From Candidatus Avimonas narfae (GTDB taxonomy: Bacteria > Bacillota > Clostridia > Oscillospirales > Acutalibacteraceae), in contig CAJFNR010000063.1 in the NCBI GenBank assembly GCA_904395335.1, positions 31,940-95,939 of the forward strand: a DNA stretch of 64,000 nt, given 5' to 3'. The position numbers were made by a program, and so were the translations under genes. The notes under the pieces are model-generated. The model was not told where the DNA came from. It made no database searches and worked only from the letters and a program-made list of their open reading frames with translations. Of the stretch, positions 20,143 to 29,129 are shown in pieces. Each line of letters begins with the position of its first letter. The first letter of the stretch is position 1.

Positions 20143-21528
20143 GTGTGTCTTGTGGCATTTTCCGAAGAAAATCAGCGTCGCGGGGAGGGGCTCTGCCTGA
20201 CCTGTGAACGGCTGCTGTCCCTGGGACGGGAGCTGGCAGCCTCGCTGCGGCAGGGAACGGAAGCGAAGCCGATGGTTGTCGTGGGCGGCGATCCACGGCC
20301 CTCCACCGATATGCTTCTCTCCGCCCTGACGGCGGGGCTGTGTTCGGCCGGGGCGGATGTGCAGCCGCTGGGAACCGTTCCCACCCCGGCGGTGGCGTTC
20401 CTGACACAAAAATACGGTGCGCAGGCGGGGGTCATGGTCACCGGCTCCCACCGGGAACCCGCCGTCAACGGGATCAAGCTGTTTGACAAGGACGGCTTTT
20501 TTCAGCCGGTGCCGATGGAATGGCTGTACGGTCCGCTGTCTTCCCTGGAAGAGTCGGATCTCCCCGGACGGGTGCTTGCGCGCCGCAGCGCGGCAGAGGA
20601 CTATGTCACCCACCTGCTGGGGGCGGCGGATGTGAGTCTGCAAGGGATGCGGCTGGCTGTCGACTGTGCGGATGGGGCCGCGGCCGCGACAGCTGAACGG
20701 CTGTTCACCTCGCTGGGGGCCGAGTGCTACATGATGAATGCGGAGCCGGACGGTTCCCGCATCAATCGGGAGGGCGGCCCGCTGCATACGGAAAAACTAG
20801 CCGATGAGGTGGTGCGCCACAAATATTTCGCCGGCATCGCCCTGGACGGTGACGCCGATCGGTGCGTGCTGGTGGACGAGAAGGGCAACCTGCTGGACGG
20901 CGACAAAATGCTGGCGGCCCTGATTTATGACCGGAAGGAAAAGGACGACCTGCCCGGCGGTATGGTGGCGGTGGATGCCGCCTCCAACATGGGGCTGTCC
21001 CGGTTTTGCGAAAGCCTGGGGGTCAGCGCCGTCACCGTAACGGAGCCGGCGGGAATTCCCGCCGAGCTGCGCCGCAGCGGCGGTGCGCTGGGAGGCAGTC
21101 CGGGGGGCCATATTCTGGAAATCCCCTATGCCACAGCCTTCGACGGTCAGCTGACGGCGCTGCGTCTGCTGACACTGTGCCGGGAGCGGGGCTGGAAGTT
21201 GTCCCGGGCGGGGGCGCTTATGGAGCGCTTTCCCCAGGTGACGGTCAGCATTCGCACCGGCGAGGAGGGCAAGGCCCGCTTTATGATCGATTCCCGGCTG
21301 CAGCAGGCGGTACGGGAGGCGGGAGAGCAGTTGGGTCATGAAGGCCGTGTCCGCGCCTGGGTAGCCGATGCGGAGCCGCTGATTTTTGTCAGCGCTGAAG
21401 GGCGCGATTTTGAGGAGGTCAACCGCCTGGCGGTGGCGCTGGCCAAGGAGATCGGGGCTTCCGTGGCTCCGGCGGAGGAACCGGCGATAGACGGGGAAGC
21501 GATCCCCGTATCGGAAACGCAAGCGTAA
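20143..21528 (+). CDS. alpha-D-phosphohexomutase-family protein (GlmM/PMM-like, divergent)
   Basis: It starts with GTG behind a GGAGAAAGG RBS. The catalytic loop is GVMVTGSHREP (Ser-His retained, consensus HNP changed to HRE). The DGDADR metal loop is intact. The sugar-binding loop GEQSGH is replaced by GSPGGH, and the phosphate loop SGTEP by ADAEP. Confidence 0.7.
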   Translation: MCLVAFSEENQRRGEGLCLTCERLLSLGRELAASLRQGTEAKPMVVVGGDPRPSTDMLLSALTAGLCSAGADVQPLGTVPTPAVAFLTQKYGAQAGVMVTGSHREPAVNGIKLFDKDGFFQPVPMEWLYGPLSSLEESDLPGRVLARRSAAEDYVTHLLGAADVSLQGMRLAVDCADGAAAATAERLFTSLGAECYMMNAEPDGSRINREGGPLHTEKLADEVVRHKYFAGIALDGDADRCVLVDEKGNLLDGDKMLAALIYDRKEKDDLPGGMVAVDAASNMGLSRFCESLGVSAVTVTEPAGIPAELRRSGGALGGSPGGHILEIPYATAFDGQLTALRLLTLCRERGWKLSRAGALMERFPQVTVSIRTGEEGKARFMIDSRLQQAVREAGEQLGHEGRVRAWVADAEPLIFVSAEGRDFEEVNRLAVALAKEIGASVAPAEEPAIDGEAIPVSETQA

Positions 21529-21542
21529 CGGGAGGAACAGAT

Positions 21543-22424
21543 ATGCGGGCAGCCGACGGCTGGCAGGACTACGAATTGATTGATACCTCCGGGGGGGAAC
21601 GCCTGGAACGGTGGGGGGATGTACTGCTCATCCGCCCCGACCCCCAAGTGATTTGGCAGACGCCCCGGACCCACCCTTTATGGAATAAAGCCCATGCCCG
21701 GTATCACCGGTCCGCCTCCGGTGGAGGCCGCTGGGAACGGCTCCGCCCCATGCCCGACGTATGGCAGATCGGCTATGGGGGGCTGCGCTTCCGTCTGAAG
21801 CCCATGGGCTTTAAGCATACGGGCCTGTTTCCGGAGCAGGCGGTGAACTGGGATCTGATGGCGGACATGATCCGCAGGGCGGGACGCCCGGTGAGGGTGC
21901 TGAACCTGTTCGGCTACACAGGGGCCGCCACCTTGGCCTGCCTGGCGGCGGGAGCTCACGTCACCCATGTGGATGCCTCCAAGGGCATGGTGGCTTGGGG
22001 AAAGGAAAATGCCGTGTTGTCCGGGATGGCGGACCGGCCGGTGCGCTGGCTCACCGATGACTGTGGCAAGTTTGTGCAGCGGGAGCAGCGCCGGGGCAAT
22101 GTGTACGATGGCATTTTGATGGATCCCCCTTCCTATGGGCGGGGACCGGGGGGCGAGGTGTGGAAGCTGGAGGAACAGATCTACCCCTTGGTGGAGCAGT
22201 GCGCGGCCCTGTTGTCCGACCGGCCGCTGTTCTTTCTGGTGAATTCGTACACGGCGGGGCTGTCCCCGTCGGTGATGAAGTATATTCTGAATGCCGTGGT
22301 GGTTCCCCGGGCCGGGGGAGCCGTCACCGCCGATGAAATCGGGCTTCCTGTCACGGCGGGCGTTGGAGCGGGACAGGTGCTGCCCTGCGGGGCGACGGCG
22401 GTATGGCGCGGGGATGGAGAGTGA
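21543..22424 (+). CDS. Class I SAM-dependent methyltransferase (RlmI/YccW-like rRNA MTase fold)
   Basis: A Rossmann MTase core (VLNLFGYTGAATLA, DASKGMV) with a PUA-like N-terminal region. The specific substrate cannot be determined. Confidence 0.6.
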   Translation: MRAADGWQDYELIDTSGGERLERWGDVLLIRPDPQVIWQTPRTHPLWNKAHARYHRSASGGGRWERLRPMPDVWQIGYGGLRFRLKPMGFKHTGLFPEQAVNWDLMADMIRRAGRPVRVLNLFGYTGAATLACLAAGAHVTHVDASKGMVAWGKENAVLSGMADRPVRWLTDDCGKFVQREQRRGNVYDGILMDPPSYGRGPGGEVWKLEEQIYPLVEQCAALLSDRPLFFLVNSYTAGLSPSVMKYILNAVVVPRAGGAVTADEIGLPVTAGVGAGQVLPCGATAVWRGDGE

Positions 22425-22426
22425 GT

Positions 22427-23272
22427 ATGGAATTTATCAATGTGGACGGCGTGTCTTTCCGGTATGGCAATGAAAACGAGAACGCCGACCTGGTGCTGGA
22501 CGATATCCGCCTGACCATTCAGCCGGGGGAATTTGTGGCGTTGCTTGGTCACAACGGCTGCGGGAAATCCACCCTGGCCAAGCATTTCAATGCCATGCTG
22601 CTGCCCACCGGCGGAAAGGTGTGGGTGGACGGTAAAGACACCTCGGAGGAGGAAAACAAGTATCCGGTGCGCCGGCTGGTGGGAATGGTGCTGCAGAACC
22701 CGGACAACCAGCTGGTCTCCTCCATTGTGGAGGAGGACGTAGCCTTTGGTCCGGAGAACCTGGGGATTCCCTCGGAGGAGATCCGCCAGCGGGTGGACAA
22801 CGCCCTGAAGGCAGTGGGAATGTATGATTACCGTCTCCATGCCCCCGATAAGCTGTCCGGCGGGCAAAAGCAGAGAGTGGCCATCGCGGGGATTCTGGCC
22901 ATGGAGCCGTCCTGTATTGTGCTGGACGAGCCCACCGCTATGCTGGATCCTCAGGGAAGGCGGGAGGTGCTGGATACCGTCCACCGCCTCAACCGGGAGC
23001 GGGGAATCACAGTGGTGCTTATCACCCATTATATGGAGGAGGCCGCCGGAGCGGGCCGCGTGGTGGTCATGGACGACGGCCGGGTGCTGATGGACGGCAC
23101 CCCGCGGCAGGTGTTTTCCCAGGTGGAGGCCCTGCGGCGGGTGGAACTGGATGTGCCTCAGCCTACCGAGCTGTGTTTTGAACTGCGGCAGGAGGGGGTC
23201 CCGCTCCCCGACGATGTGCTCACGGCGGAGGAATGCGCCGCCGCTCTGGCCCAGCTGCTAAAGCGGCCGTGA
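22427..23272 (+). CDS. ecfA1: energy-coupling factor transporter ATPase EcfA1
   Basis: It starts at MEFINVDGVSFRYG with a GGAGAGTG RBS. It has Walker A (GHNGCGKST), an ABC signature (LSGGQKQRV) and Walker B. It belongs to a classic ecfA1-ecfA2-ecfT-truA arrangement. Confidence 0.85.
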   Translation: MEFINVDGVSFRYGNENENADLVLDDIRLTIQPGEFVALLGHNGCGKSTLAKHFNAMLLPTGGKVWVDGKDTSEEENKYPVRRLVGMVLQNPDNQLVSSIVEEDVAFGPENLGIPSEEIRQRVDNALKAVGMYDYRLHAPDKLSGGQKQRVAIAGILAMEPSCIVLDEPTAMLDPQGRREVLDTVHRLNRERGITVVLITHYMEEAAGAGRVVVMDDGRVLMDGTPRQVFSQVEALRRVELDVPQPTELCFELRQEGVPLPDDVLTAEECAAALAQLLKRP

Positions 23273-23282
23273 TGTTTTTCTG

Positions 23283-23391
23283 TATGGTATCCTGTGCTCA
23301 GGGCCTCTATGTTTGAGGACAAACGATGCAAGAAGTCCCTGGGCCTGGAGCCGTCCCTCGGGCCGGTTCCCTCTACGCTTTTGGTATAAAA
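23283..23391 (+). repeat. Intergenic repeat element, copy A (about 110 nt), inserted between ecfA1 and ecfA2
   Basis: It is about 90% identical over about 100 nt to the reverse complement of 63884..63990 and related to 28050..28160. It has an internal 7-bp inverted repeat (CCCAGGG/CCCTGGG type). Its termini resemble extended -10 boxes (TGGTATcc at the 5' end, TGGTATAAAAT at the 3' end). Confidence 0.6.
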
Positions 23392-23419
23392 TCTCCTCCG
23401 AAAGGTTTGATAAGACGTT

Positions 23420-24292
23420 ATGCCCATTTTGGAACTCCACGATTTGACCTACCGGTATTCGCCCGGTACCCCTTATGAAAAAACGGCGATGGAGGGGGTA
23501 TCCCTCACGGTCGAAAAAGGGGATTTTGTCGGAGTGATCGGCCATACCGGCTCCGGGAAATCCACCCTGGTGCAGCATCTAAACGGCTTGCTGCGCCCTA
23601 CCTCCGGCACGGTGAAGCTGGACGGCCGGGACATCTGGGAGGAACCAAAAAAGATCCGGGATGTCCGTTTCCGGGTGGGACTGGTTTTCCAGTATCCGGA
23701 GCATCAGCTCTTTGAGGAGACCGTATACAAGGACATCGCTTTTGGGCCCAAAAACATGGGGCTGTCCGAAGAGGAGATTGATCAGAGGGTCAGACGGGCG
23801 GCGCGGTTTACCGGGCTGCGGGACGAGCTGATGGAGAAATCCCCCTTTGAGCTGTCCGGCGGGGAAAAACGCCGTACCGCCATCGCCGGGGTCATGGCCA
23901 TGGAGCCGGAGGTGCTCATTCTGGACGAGCCCACCGCCGGACTGGATCCCAAGGGCCGGGAAATGATCCTGTCCCAGATCAGCGCGTATCAGCGGGAAAA
24001 CGGCACCACCGTATTGTTGGTATCTCACAGCATGGAGGATGTGGCCCGAACGGCGCGGAAGGTCCTGGTGATGAACAAAGGACAGGTGGCTATGTATGCC
24101 GGCACCGACGAGGTGTTTTCCCGCGCGGAGGAGCTGACCGCCATCGGCTTGTCCGTCCCCGCCGTTACGCGGATTTTTCAGATGCTCAAGCAGCAGGGGC
24201 TGGTCGGCGGGGACAGCGTATATACGGTAGAACAGGCCAAACACATTCTGTTGCCACTGCTCAGGAAGGAGGAACCGGATCATGCTCAGTGA
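23420..24292 (+). CDS. ecfA2: energy-coupling factor transporter ATPase EcfA2
   Basis: MPILELHDLTYRY, with Walker A (GHTGSGKST), an ABC signature (LSGGEKRRTAIA) and Walker B (LILDEPTAGLD). Confidence 0.85.
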   Translation: MPILELHDLTYRYSPGTPYEKTAMEGVSLTVEKGDFVGVIGHTGSGKSTLVQHLNGLLRPTSGTVKLDGRDIWEEPKKIRDVRFRVGLVFQYPEHQLFEETVYKDIAFGPKNMGLSEEEIDQRVRRAARFTGLRDELMEKSPFELSGGEKRRTAIAGVMAMEPEVLILDEPTAGLDPKGREMILSQISAYQRENGTTVLLVSHSMEDVARTARKVLVMNKGQVAMYAGTDEVFSRAEELTAIGLSVPAVTRIFQMLKQQGLVGGDSVYTVEQAKHILLPLLRKEEPDHAQ

Positions 24293-25097
24293 CATCACCA
24301 TCGGGCAGTATTTCCCCGGGGACTCCCTGCTACACCGCATGGATCCCCGGGTCAAGCTGGTGTTGATTTTTGCCTATATCATCCTGGTGTTTATCCCTCA
24401 GAATTGGGTGGGGTTGGGGATCGCGGTGGCCTTTCTGGTGTTTGCTGTGGCCTGTTCCCGCCTACCCTTGCGTCTGGTCTGGAAAAGTGTCAAGCCCATC
24501 ATTCCCTTGATCATACTGACCTCAGCGCTGAATATTTTCTATGTGGACAAGGGCGTGGAGCTGGTGCATTGGGGCTTTTTCCGCCTGACCACCGGCGGCC
24601 TGACTACGGCGGCGTTCATCGCTATCCGTATCCTTTGCCTGATCGCGGGCAGCTCCCTGCTGACCTATACCACCTCGCCCACAACGCTGACCGACGCCAT
24701 GGAACGGCTGCTCAAGCCGCTCAAGGTGCTCCACGTCAACGTCCATGAGCTGTCCATGATGATGACCATCGCTCTGCGTTTCATTCCCACTCTGATCGAG
24801 GAGACGGACAAAATCATGTCCGCCCAGAAGGCGCGAGGCGCGGATATGGAAAGCGGCGGCCTGATGCAGAGGATTAAGGCGCTGGTGCCGGTGCTGATAC
24901 CGCTGTTCGTGTCCTCCTTCAACCGGGCGTATGAGTTGGCCACGGCCATGGAATGCCGCTGCTATCAGGGCGGCGACGGCCGTACACGGATGAAGCAGCT
25001 CCATATGGCGGCCCGGGATGGGTGGTGCATTGCCGTGATGACCTTGGTGGCGGCAGGAATCGTGGCGCTGAATTTTGTGATTCCGGCCGCCCTGTAA
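24282..25097 (+). CDS. ecfT: energy-coupling factor transporter transmembrane protein EcfT
   Basis: A polytopic membrane protein overlapping the ecfA2 stop codon, with a conserved ECF-T ARG motif region (AQKARGAD). Confidence 0.85.
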   Translation: MLSDITIGQYFPGDSLLHRMDPRVKLVLIFAYIILVFIPQNWVGLGIAVAFLVFAVACSRLPLRLVWKSVKPIIPLIILTSALNIFYVDKGVELVHWGFFRLTTGGLTTAAFIAIRILCLIAGSSLLTYTTSPTTLTDAMERLLKPLKVLHVNVHELSMMMTIALRFIPTLIEETDKIMSAQKARGADMESGGLMQRIKALVPVLIPLFVSSFNRAYELATAMECRCYQGGDGRTRMKQLHMAARDGWCIAVMTLVAAGIVALNFVIPAAL

Positions 25098-25116
25098 ATG
25101 GGAAAGGAGAGAAACC

Positions 25117-25944
25117 ATGGCCCGTCTGCTGCTGGCGCTGCGTTATTTGGGCACCCGTTACCACGGTTGGCAGGTGCAGCCCAACGCCCCTACTATACAG
25201 GAGACGGTACAGGACGCGGTGGAGAGCGTCACCGGTGTGCGTTCCGGCGTGACGGGCTGCAGCCGCACCGACGCCGGCGTTCATGCCGAGATGTACTGCT
25301 GTGCGTTCGATACGGAGAGCCGGCTGCGGGGACGAGAGATGGTCAAAGCGCTCAACGCCCGTTTGCCCCGGGATATCGCCGTGTACGGCTGCCGGGAGGT
25401 GCCGGAGACGTTTCATCCCCGTTATGCCGCCTCCGGCAAGCGGTATGTTTACCGCTTTTGGAACGCACCGGAGCGCAACCCGTTTTGGGAGGAGCGGGCC
25501 TGCCAGGTGCGACGTCCCTTGGAGGTGGAGCGAATGGACGCTGGTGCCCGGGATTTCCTGGGCACGCACGATTTTGTTTCCTGCCGCGCCTCCGATCCGC
25601 ACCGTTCGGGGCCGGGGGCGGAGGATACGGTGCGCACCGTGACTGCGGCTCATGTCCGCCGGCATCCGGAAGAACCTCAGCTGGTGGAGTTCACCGTGGA
25701 AGCGGACGGATTCCTTTACAACATGGTGCGGATCATGGCAGGAACCCTGTTGGATATGGCGGCAGGTAAACTTCCCTGGGATGCCGTTCCCGCGGCGCTG
25801 TCCGCGCGAGACCGGCAGCGGATGGGGGCTACGGCTCCGGCAAAGGGACTCTCCCTGACCATGGTGAGGTATCCCCGGGAGCCCTTTTTTTTAAATGGTG
25901 AAGAAAAACCTACCGACTATTGGCCCAAACAAGCGGAATTCTGA
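25117..25944 (+). CDS. truA: tRNA pseudouridine(38-40) synthase TruA
   Basis: MARLLLALRYLGTRYHGWQVQP matches the TruA N-terminus, with the catalytic Asp region (GCSRTDAGVHA). It sits in the position conserved downstream of ecfT. Confidence 0.85.
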   Translation: MARLLLALRYLGTRYHGWQVQPNAPTIQETVQDAVESVTGVRSGVTGCSRTDAGVHAEMYCCAFDTESRLRGREMVKALNARLPRDIAVYGCREVPETFHPRYAASGKRYVYRFWNAPERNPFWEERACQVRRPLEVERMDAGARDFLGTHDFVSCRASDPHRSGPGAEDTVRTVTAAHVRRHPEEPQLVEFTVEADGFLYNMVRIMAGTLLDMAAGKLPWDAVPAALSARDRQRMGATAPAKGLSLTMVRYPREPFFLNGEEKPTDYWPKQAEF

Positions 25945-26017
25945 CAAATTTAAGAATTTTACTCTTCATTTTTACGCGAAAATACGCTATGCTGAAAAAA
26001 TCAGGGGGGAACGGACA

Positions 26018-27271
26018 ATGGCCAGACGAAAAGACATCCGGATCAAAAAACGGCGGCCAGCCCGGTCCGCAGTCCCTGTGGATAACGCACCGGAGAGCGC
26101 GGAAGGCATTGCCGGGGAGGAATCGGTGCGGCAGCCCCAAAAACGGCGCAAAAAGCGGACAGCTCTGAGGGTGGCGGTGCGGCTACTGATCGTCGTCGCA
26201 GTGTTGGGAACCGGGTTTCTCCTGTGGAGAAACTGGGACACGCTGGCGCCGGAAGCGGTGCTGGACTGGGTGGACGAACAGCTGGGCGGCAAAAAAGGGG
26301 ACGGTTATCCCGTCGCCATTACCGGCAGCGGCGTGCTGCAGATGGAACAGGTGGACGGCCGTCTAGCAGTGCTCACCGATACGGCCCTGTTGCTGTATAA
26401 CGACAACGGCGGTGAACTGGTTCGGCGTTCCCACGGCTATACCGATCCGCTGCTCAAGACGAGCGGGGCCTATCTGCTGGTGATGGAGCAGGAGGGGACG
26501 CGCCTGCGTTTGGAGACCCGGCGCTCTACCGTGCTGGAGATGGAGGCGGAAAACAAGATCATCACCGGGGCGGTGGGAAGCGATGGCTCCTTTGCCCTGG
26601 TGACCAAATCCACCCAGGGATATCTTTCCGAAGTGTGTGTGTACAACAAAAAGGGGGAAAAGCTTTACCGCCGGCGCTTTGCGGACCAGATGGTGGTGGC
26701 GGCCGCCTTTTCCCCGGACGGAAAACATCTGGCGGTGGCGGGGCTGACGGCGCAGGATGGGGCGATCAAGTCCACGCTGAACACCTTCCAGTTGAGCAGC
26801 ACCGACCCAGAGGCCTCCTATGAGGGCGTGGGGGTGATGCTGATGGATGTGAAATACTTTGCGGACGGTTCACTGTGCGCGGTGGGCGACACAGCGCTCT
26901 GGGTGGTGAAACCCGGCGGAGAAATGGATGTCCGGCTTACCTATGAGGACAGCCAGATCCTGGGCTATGCCGTGGACGAAACTTATGTCGGGGTGGTATA
27001 TCGCCCCCATGGAAGCAATACGGGGGGGGAGCTGACGGCGGTCTCCAGCACCGGACAGGAGCTGTTTTCGACTTCCTTCCAGGGCAACTACCGCGATATT
27101 GCCGGCAGCGGTGACACCCTGTACCTGCTGACCTCGAATCAGGTATGTCGGGCGGAGAAAACCGGTATGGCGGGGACGGCGGAAGTGCCTCAGGACGGCC
27201 TGCAGGCGGCGGTGCTGGGGGATAAGGCCGTGGTGCTGGGGTTGTCCTCCCTGACCACCTATCAGCCGTGA
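26018..27271 (+). CDS. Membrane-anchored hypothetical protein with a predicted beta-propeller-like ectodomain
   Basis: An internal ATG with an AGGGGGGA RBS. It has a basic N-terminal tail, one transmembrane helix, and repeated motifs of the AVGSDGSFALV / AFSPDGKHLAVAG type typical of WD40/TolB-like repeats. Confidence 0.55.
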   Translation: MARRKDIRIKKRRPARSAVPVDNAPESAEGIAGEESVRQPQKRRKKRTALRVAVRLLIVVAVLGTGFLLWRNWDTLAPEAVLDWVDEQLGGKKGDGYPVAITGSGVLQMEQVDGRLAVLTDTALLLYNDNGGELVRRSHGYTDPLLKTSGAYLLVMEQEGTRLRLETRRSTVLEMEAENKIITGAVGSDGSFALVTKSTQGYLSEVCVYNKKGEKLYRRRFADQMVVAAAFSPDGKHLAVAGLTAQDGAIKSTLNTFQLSSTDPEASYEGVGVMLMDVKYFADGSLCAVGDTALWVVKPGGEMDVRLTYEDSQILGYAVDETYVGVVYRPHGSNTGGELTAVSSTGQELFSTSFQGNYRDIAGSGDTLYLLTSNQVCRAEKTGMAGTAEVPQDGLQAAVLGDKAVVLGLSSLTTYQP

Positions 27272-27311
27272 CAGGCCGCCCAATGTTCAACGGACAGGAA
27301 AGGAGAGCTCT

Positions 27312-28025
27312 ATGAGCCTGGTCTTGGATATCGTATGTCTGCTGCTTCTGGTGGGAGGCTTTGCCGTAGGTTGGAGCCGTTCGCCGCTCTCCTCGGGCCT
27401 GACGCTGTTTTCGGCGGCTGTGGCACTGACCGGGGCGTTTTTCCTCAGTGTTCCGGCAGGCAGTTGGGTTTCGGAAACGCTGGTGGCTCCCCTAGTGGAG
27501 CAGTCGGCGGCCAATGAGCTGGCGGATATGGTGTCCGCCCCCCATCTTTCATCCGGACGGGAGACAGTGGCTGAGCTGCCGCTGTCCGATATGGCGCGGC
27601 AGAATGCCGCCCCTTTCGCTCGTTTGGTTGGCCGCTACGGAGCGGATGAGGCGGAGGTACTGTCGGCGGCTGACAACGGCTCCCTGGCGGTGCTGCTGGC
27701 TATTACTTCCGGGATCAGCTTGGCCATTTCCCGCAGTGCGGTGTTTCTCGTGATTTTTTTATTGCTTATGCTGCTTGTCCGGATGCTGTGCCGTCGATTG
27801 GTGGAACAAAATCTGCCGCCTCCCTCCAGAAAATCCCGGTGGAGAAAGCTGGCATCCGCTTTTTTAGGAGCGCTGACGGGGCTGGTGTTGGTTTATACCC
27901 TGTCGGCGGCGTTGGGGATGTTCCTGCCTTATGCTCCGGCAGATTCCCTGGTTTTTCCCCGTTCGCTGATGGAACAGACGGATTTGTGCCGTTATCTGAA
28001 CCTCTTGAATCCGTTCCATGGATGA
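27312..28025 (+). CDS. CvpA-family membrane protein (paralog 1)
   Basis: MSLVLDIVCLLLLVGGFAVGWSRS fits the CvpA N-terminal pattern, with four predicted transmembrane helices. Confidence 0.7.
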   Translation: MSLVLDIVCLLLLVGGFAVGWSRSPLSSGLTLFSAAVALTGAFFLSVPAGSWVSETLVAPLVEQSAANELADMVSAPHLSSGRETVAELPLSDMARQNAAPFARLVGRYGADEAEVLSAADNGSLAVLLAITSGISLAISRSAVFLVIFLLLMLLVRMLCRRLVEQNLPPPSRKSRWRKLASAFLGALTGLVLVYTLSAALGMFLPYAPADSLVFPRSLMEQTDLCRYLNLLNPFHG

Positions 28026-28049
28026 CAGAAAGGTTGTGCTAACCGCCGG

Positions 28050-28160
28050 ATTGTGGTATACTATACCGAAAGTCCCTATGCTGTGGGATCAAATCACGTG
28101 AGATGTGCCCGGATTGTTGGCCGCCCTCGCGGGCCGGTTCTCTCTACGTTATTATAAAGA
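28050..28160 (+). repeat. Intergenic repeat element, copy B (divergent member of the same family)
   Basis: It shares the termini ATTGTGGTATACT.. and ..CGCGGGCCGGTTCTCTCTACGTTATTATAAAGAG with copies A and C. The middle section is divergent. Confidence 0.5.
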
Positions 28161-28364
28161 GTGCGGATTCTGTCCACCTCATTCCCATCCACGGGATGGG
28201 CTCAAGGCTTCTTATGGATAGGTTCCGCGATTCTTATGCCGATTGGATCGGCATGTCCTATAACAACGATTAAGGGCCAAACACACTTTTCCGGCGCTTT
28301 TTCTGAGGTAAAGCAAAGCGGGTTGTCCGGTAAGGAATGGATAACGACAGGGAGGAGGTCCCCG

Positions 28365-29102
28365 ATGGCATATCTGTTGGATGGTGCGGTCATACTAATT
28401 TTCATCCTGTTTGTCTGGGTCGGCAGCCGGAGAGGCTTGGTCCGTTCCGTGTTGCGCCTAATATCCTGCGTGGTATCCCTGGTGCTGGCTTTGCTGCTTA
28501 GCACCGTGGCGGCAGGCGGATTGTTCGACGCTTTCCTGTCTGAATCTGCGCAAGAGATAATCGCCCAGCATCTGCCCGAAACCGATGCGGCTTCCGTGGC
28601 GTCCGGGGTGGAGGAAGCGCTTCATCAGCTCCCTGGCTTTGTGGAAAGTGCGCTGACAGCTGGAGGCTTGGGATCTCCCGAGGAAATCGCGTCTTCGGTT
28701 CAGGATGTGCTGGGACAATCACCCGAGACAGTGGCTCAGGCGATCACGGAACAGGTGATCCGCCCGGCGGCGGTGGCTTTGATGGGATCTGTTTGTTTCC
28801 TACTGCTGTTCCTCCTGTTTATGATCCTGTTCGGCATATTGATCGGTCTAATCAACCGGGTCTTTCAGCTTCCTGTGCTAAAGCAGCTCAACGGAGCCTT
28901 GGGCGCGGTGGTGGGCGCGGCGGAAGGCTTGCTGGTGATTTTTGCGGCGGTTACCGTGCTGCAGATTGTGGTTCCCCCTGCAGGGAGCGATGCCCCGCTG
29001 ACGGCCAAAGAGGTGAACGACACCGTGATTGTGCGCGCTATTGGGCAGTTAACCCCCTCGGCGGATACTCTGGAGCATCTGCAAGGCGGTTCTTATAAGT
29101 AA
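28365..29102 (+). CDS. CvpA-family membrane protein (paralog 2)
   Basis: An internal ATG with a GGGAGGAGG RBS gives MAYLLDGAVILIFILFVWVGSRRGLVRSVL, a classic CvpA N-terminus. The track ORF 28161..29102 is an extension running through repeat B. Confidence 0.7.
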   Translation: MAYLLDGAVILIFILFVWVGSRRGLVRSVLRLISCVVSLVLALLLSTVAAGGLFDAFLSESAQEIIAQHLPETDAASVASGVEEALHQLPGFVESALTAGGLGSPEEIASSVQDVLGQSPETVAQAITEQVIRPAAVALMGSVCFLLLFLLFMILFGILIGLINRVFQLPVLKQLNGALGAVVGAAEGLLVIFAAVTVLQIVVPPAGSDAPLTAKEVNDTVIVRAIGQLTPSADTLEHLQGGSYK

Positions 29103-29129
29103 TTTCCCGGAGGAATGAGAGGTCAAAAG

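Noticed and set aside
23283-23391. CRISPR array or known REP/BOX element.
   Set aside because: There are only three dispersed copies about 5 kb and 35 kb apart, each about 110 nt, with no regular repeat-spacer periodicity and no cas genes.
28161-28364. N-terminal extension of the second cvpA gene (track ORF 28161..29102).
   Set aside because: The extension runs through intergenic repeat copy B. The canonical CvpA N-terminus begins at the internal Met, which has a GGGAGGAGG RBS.
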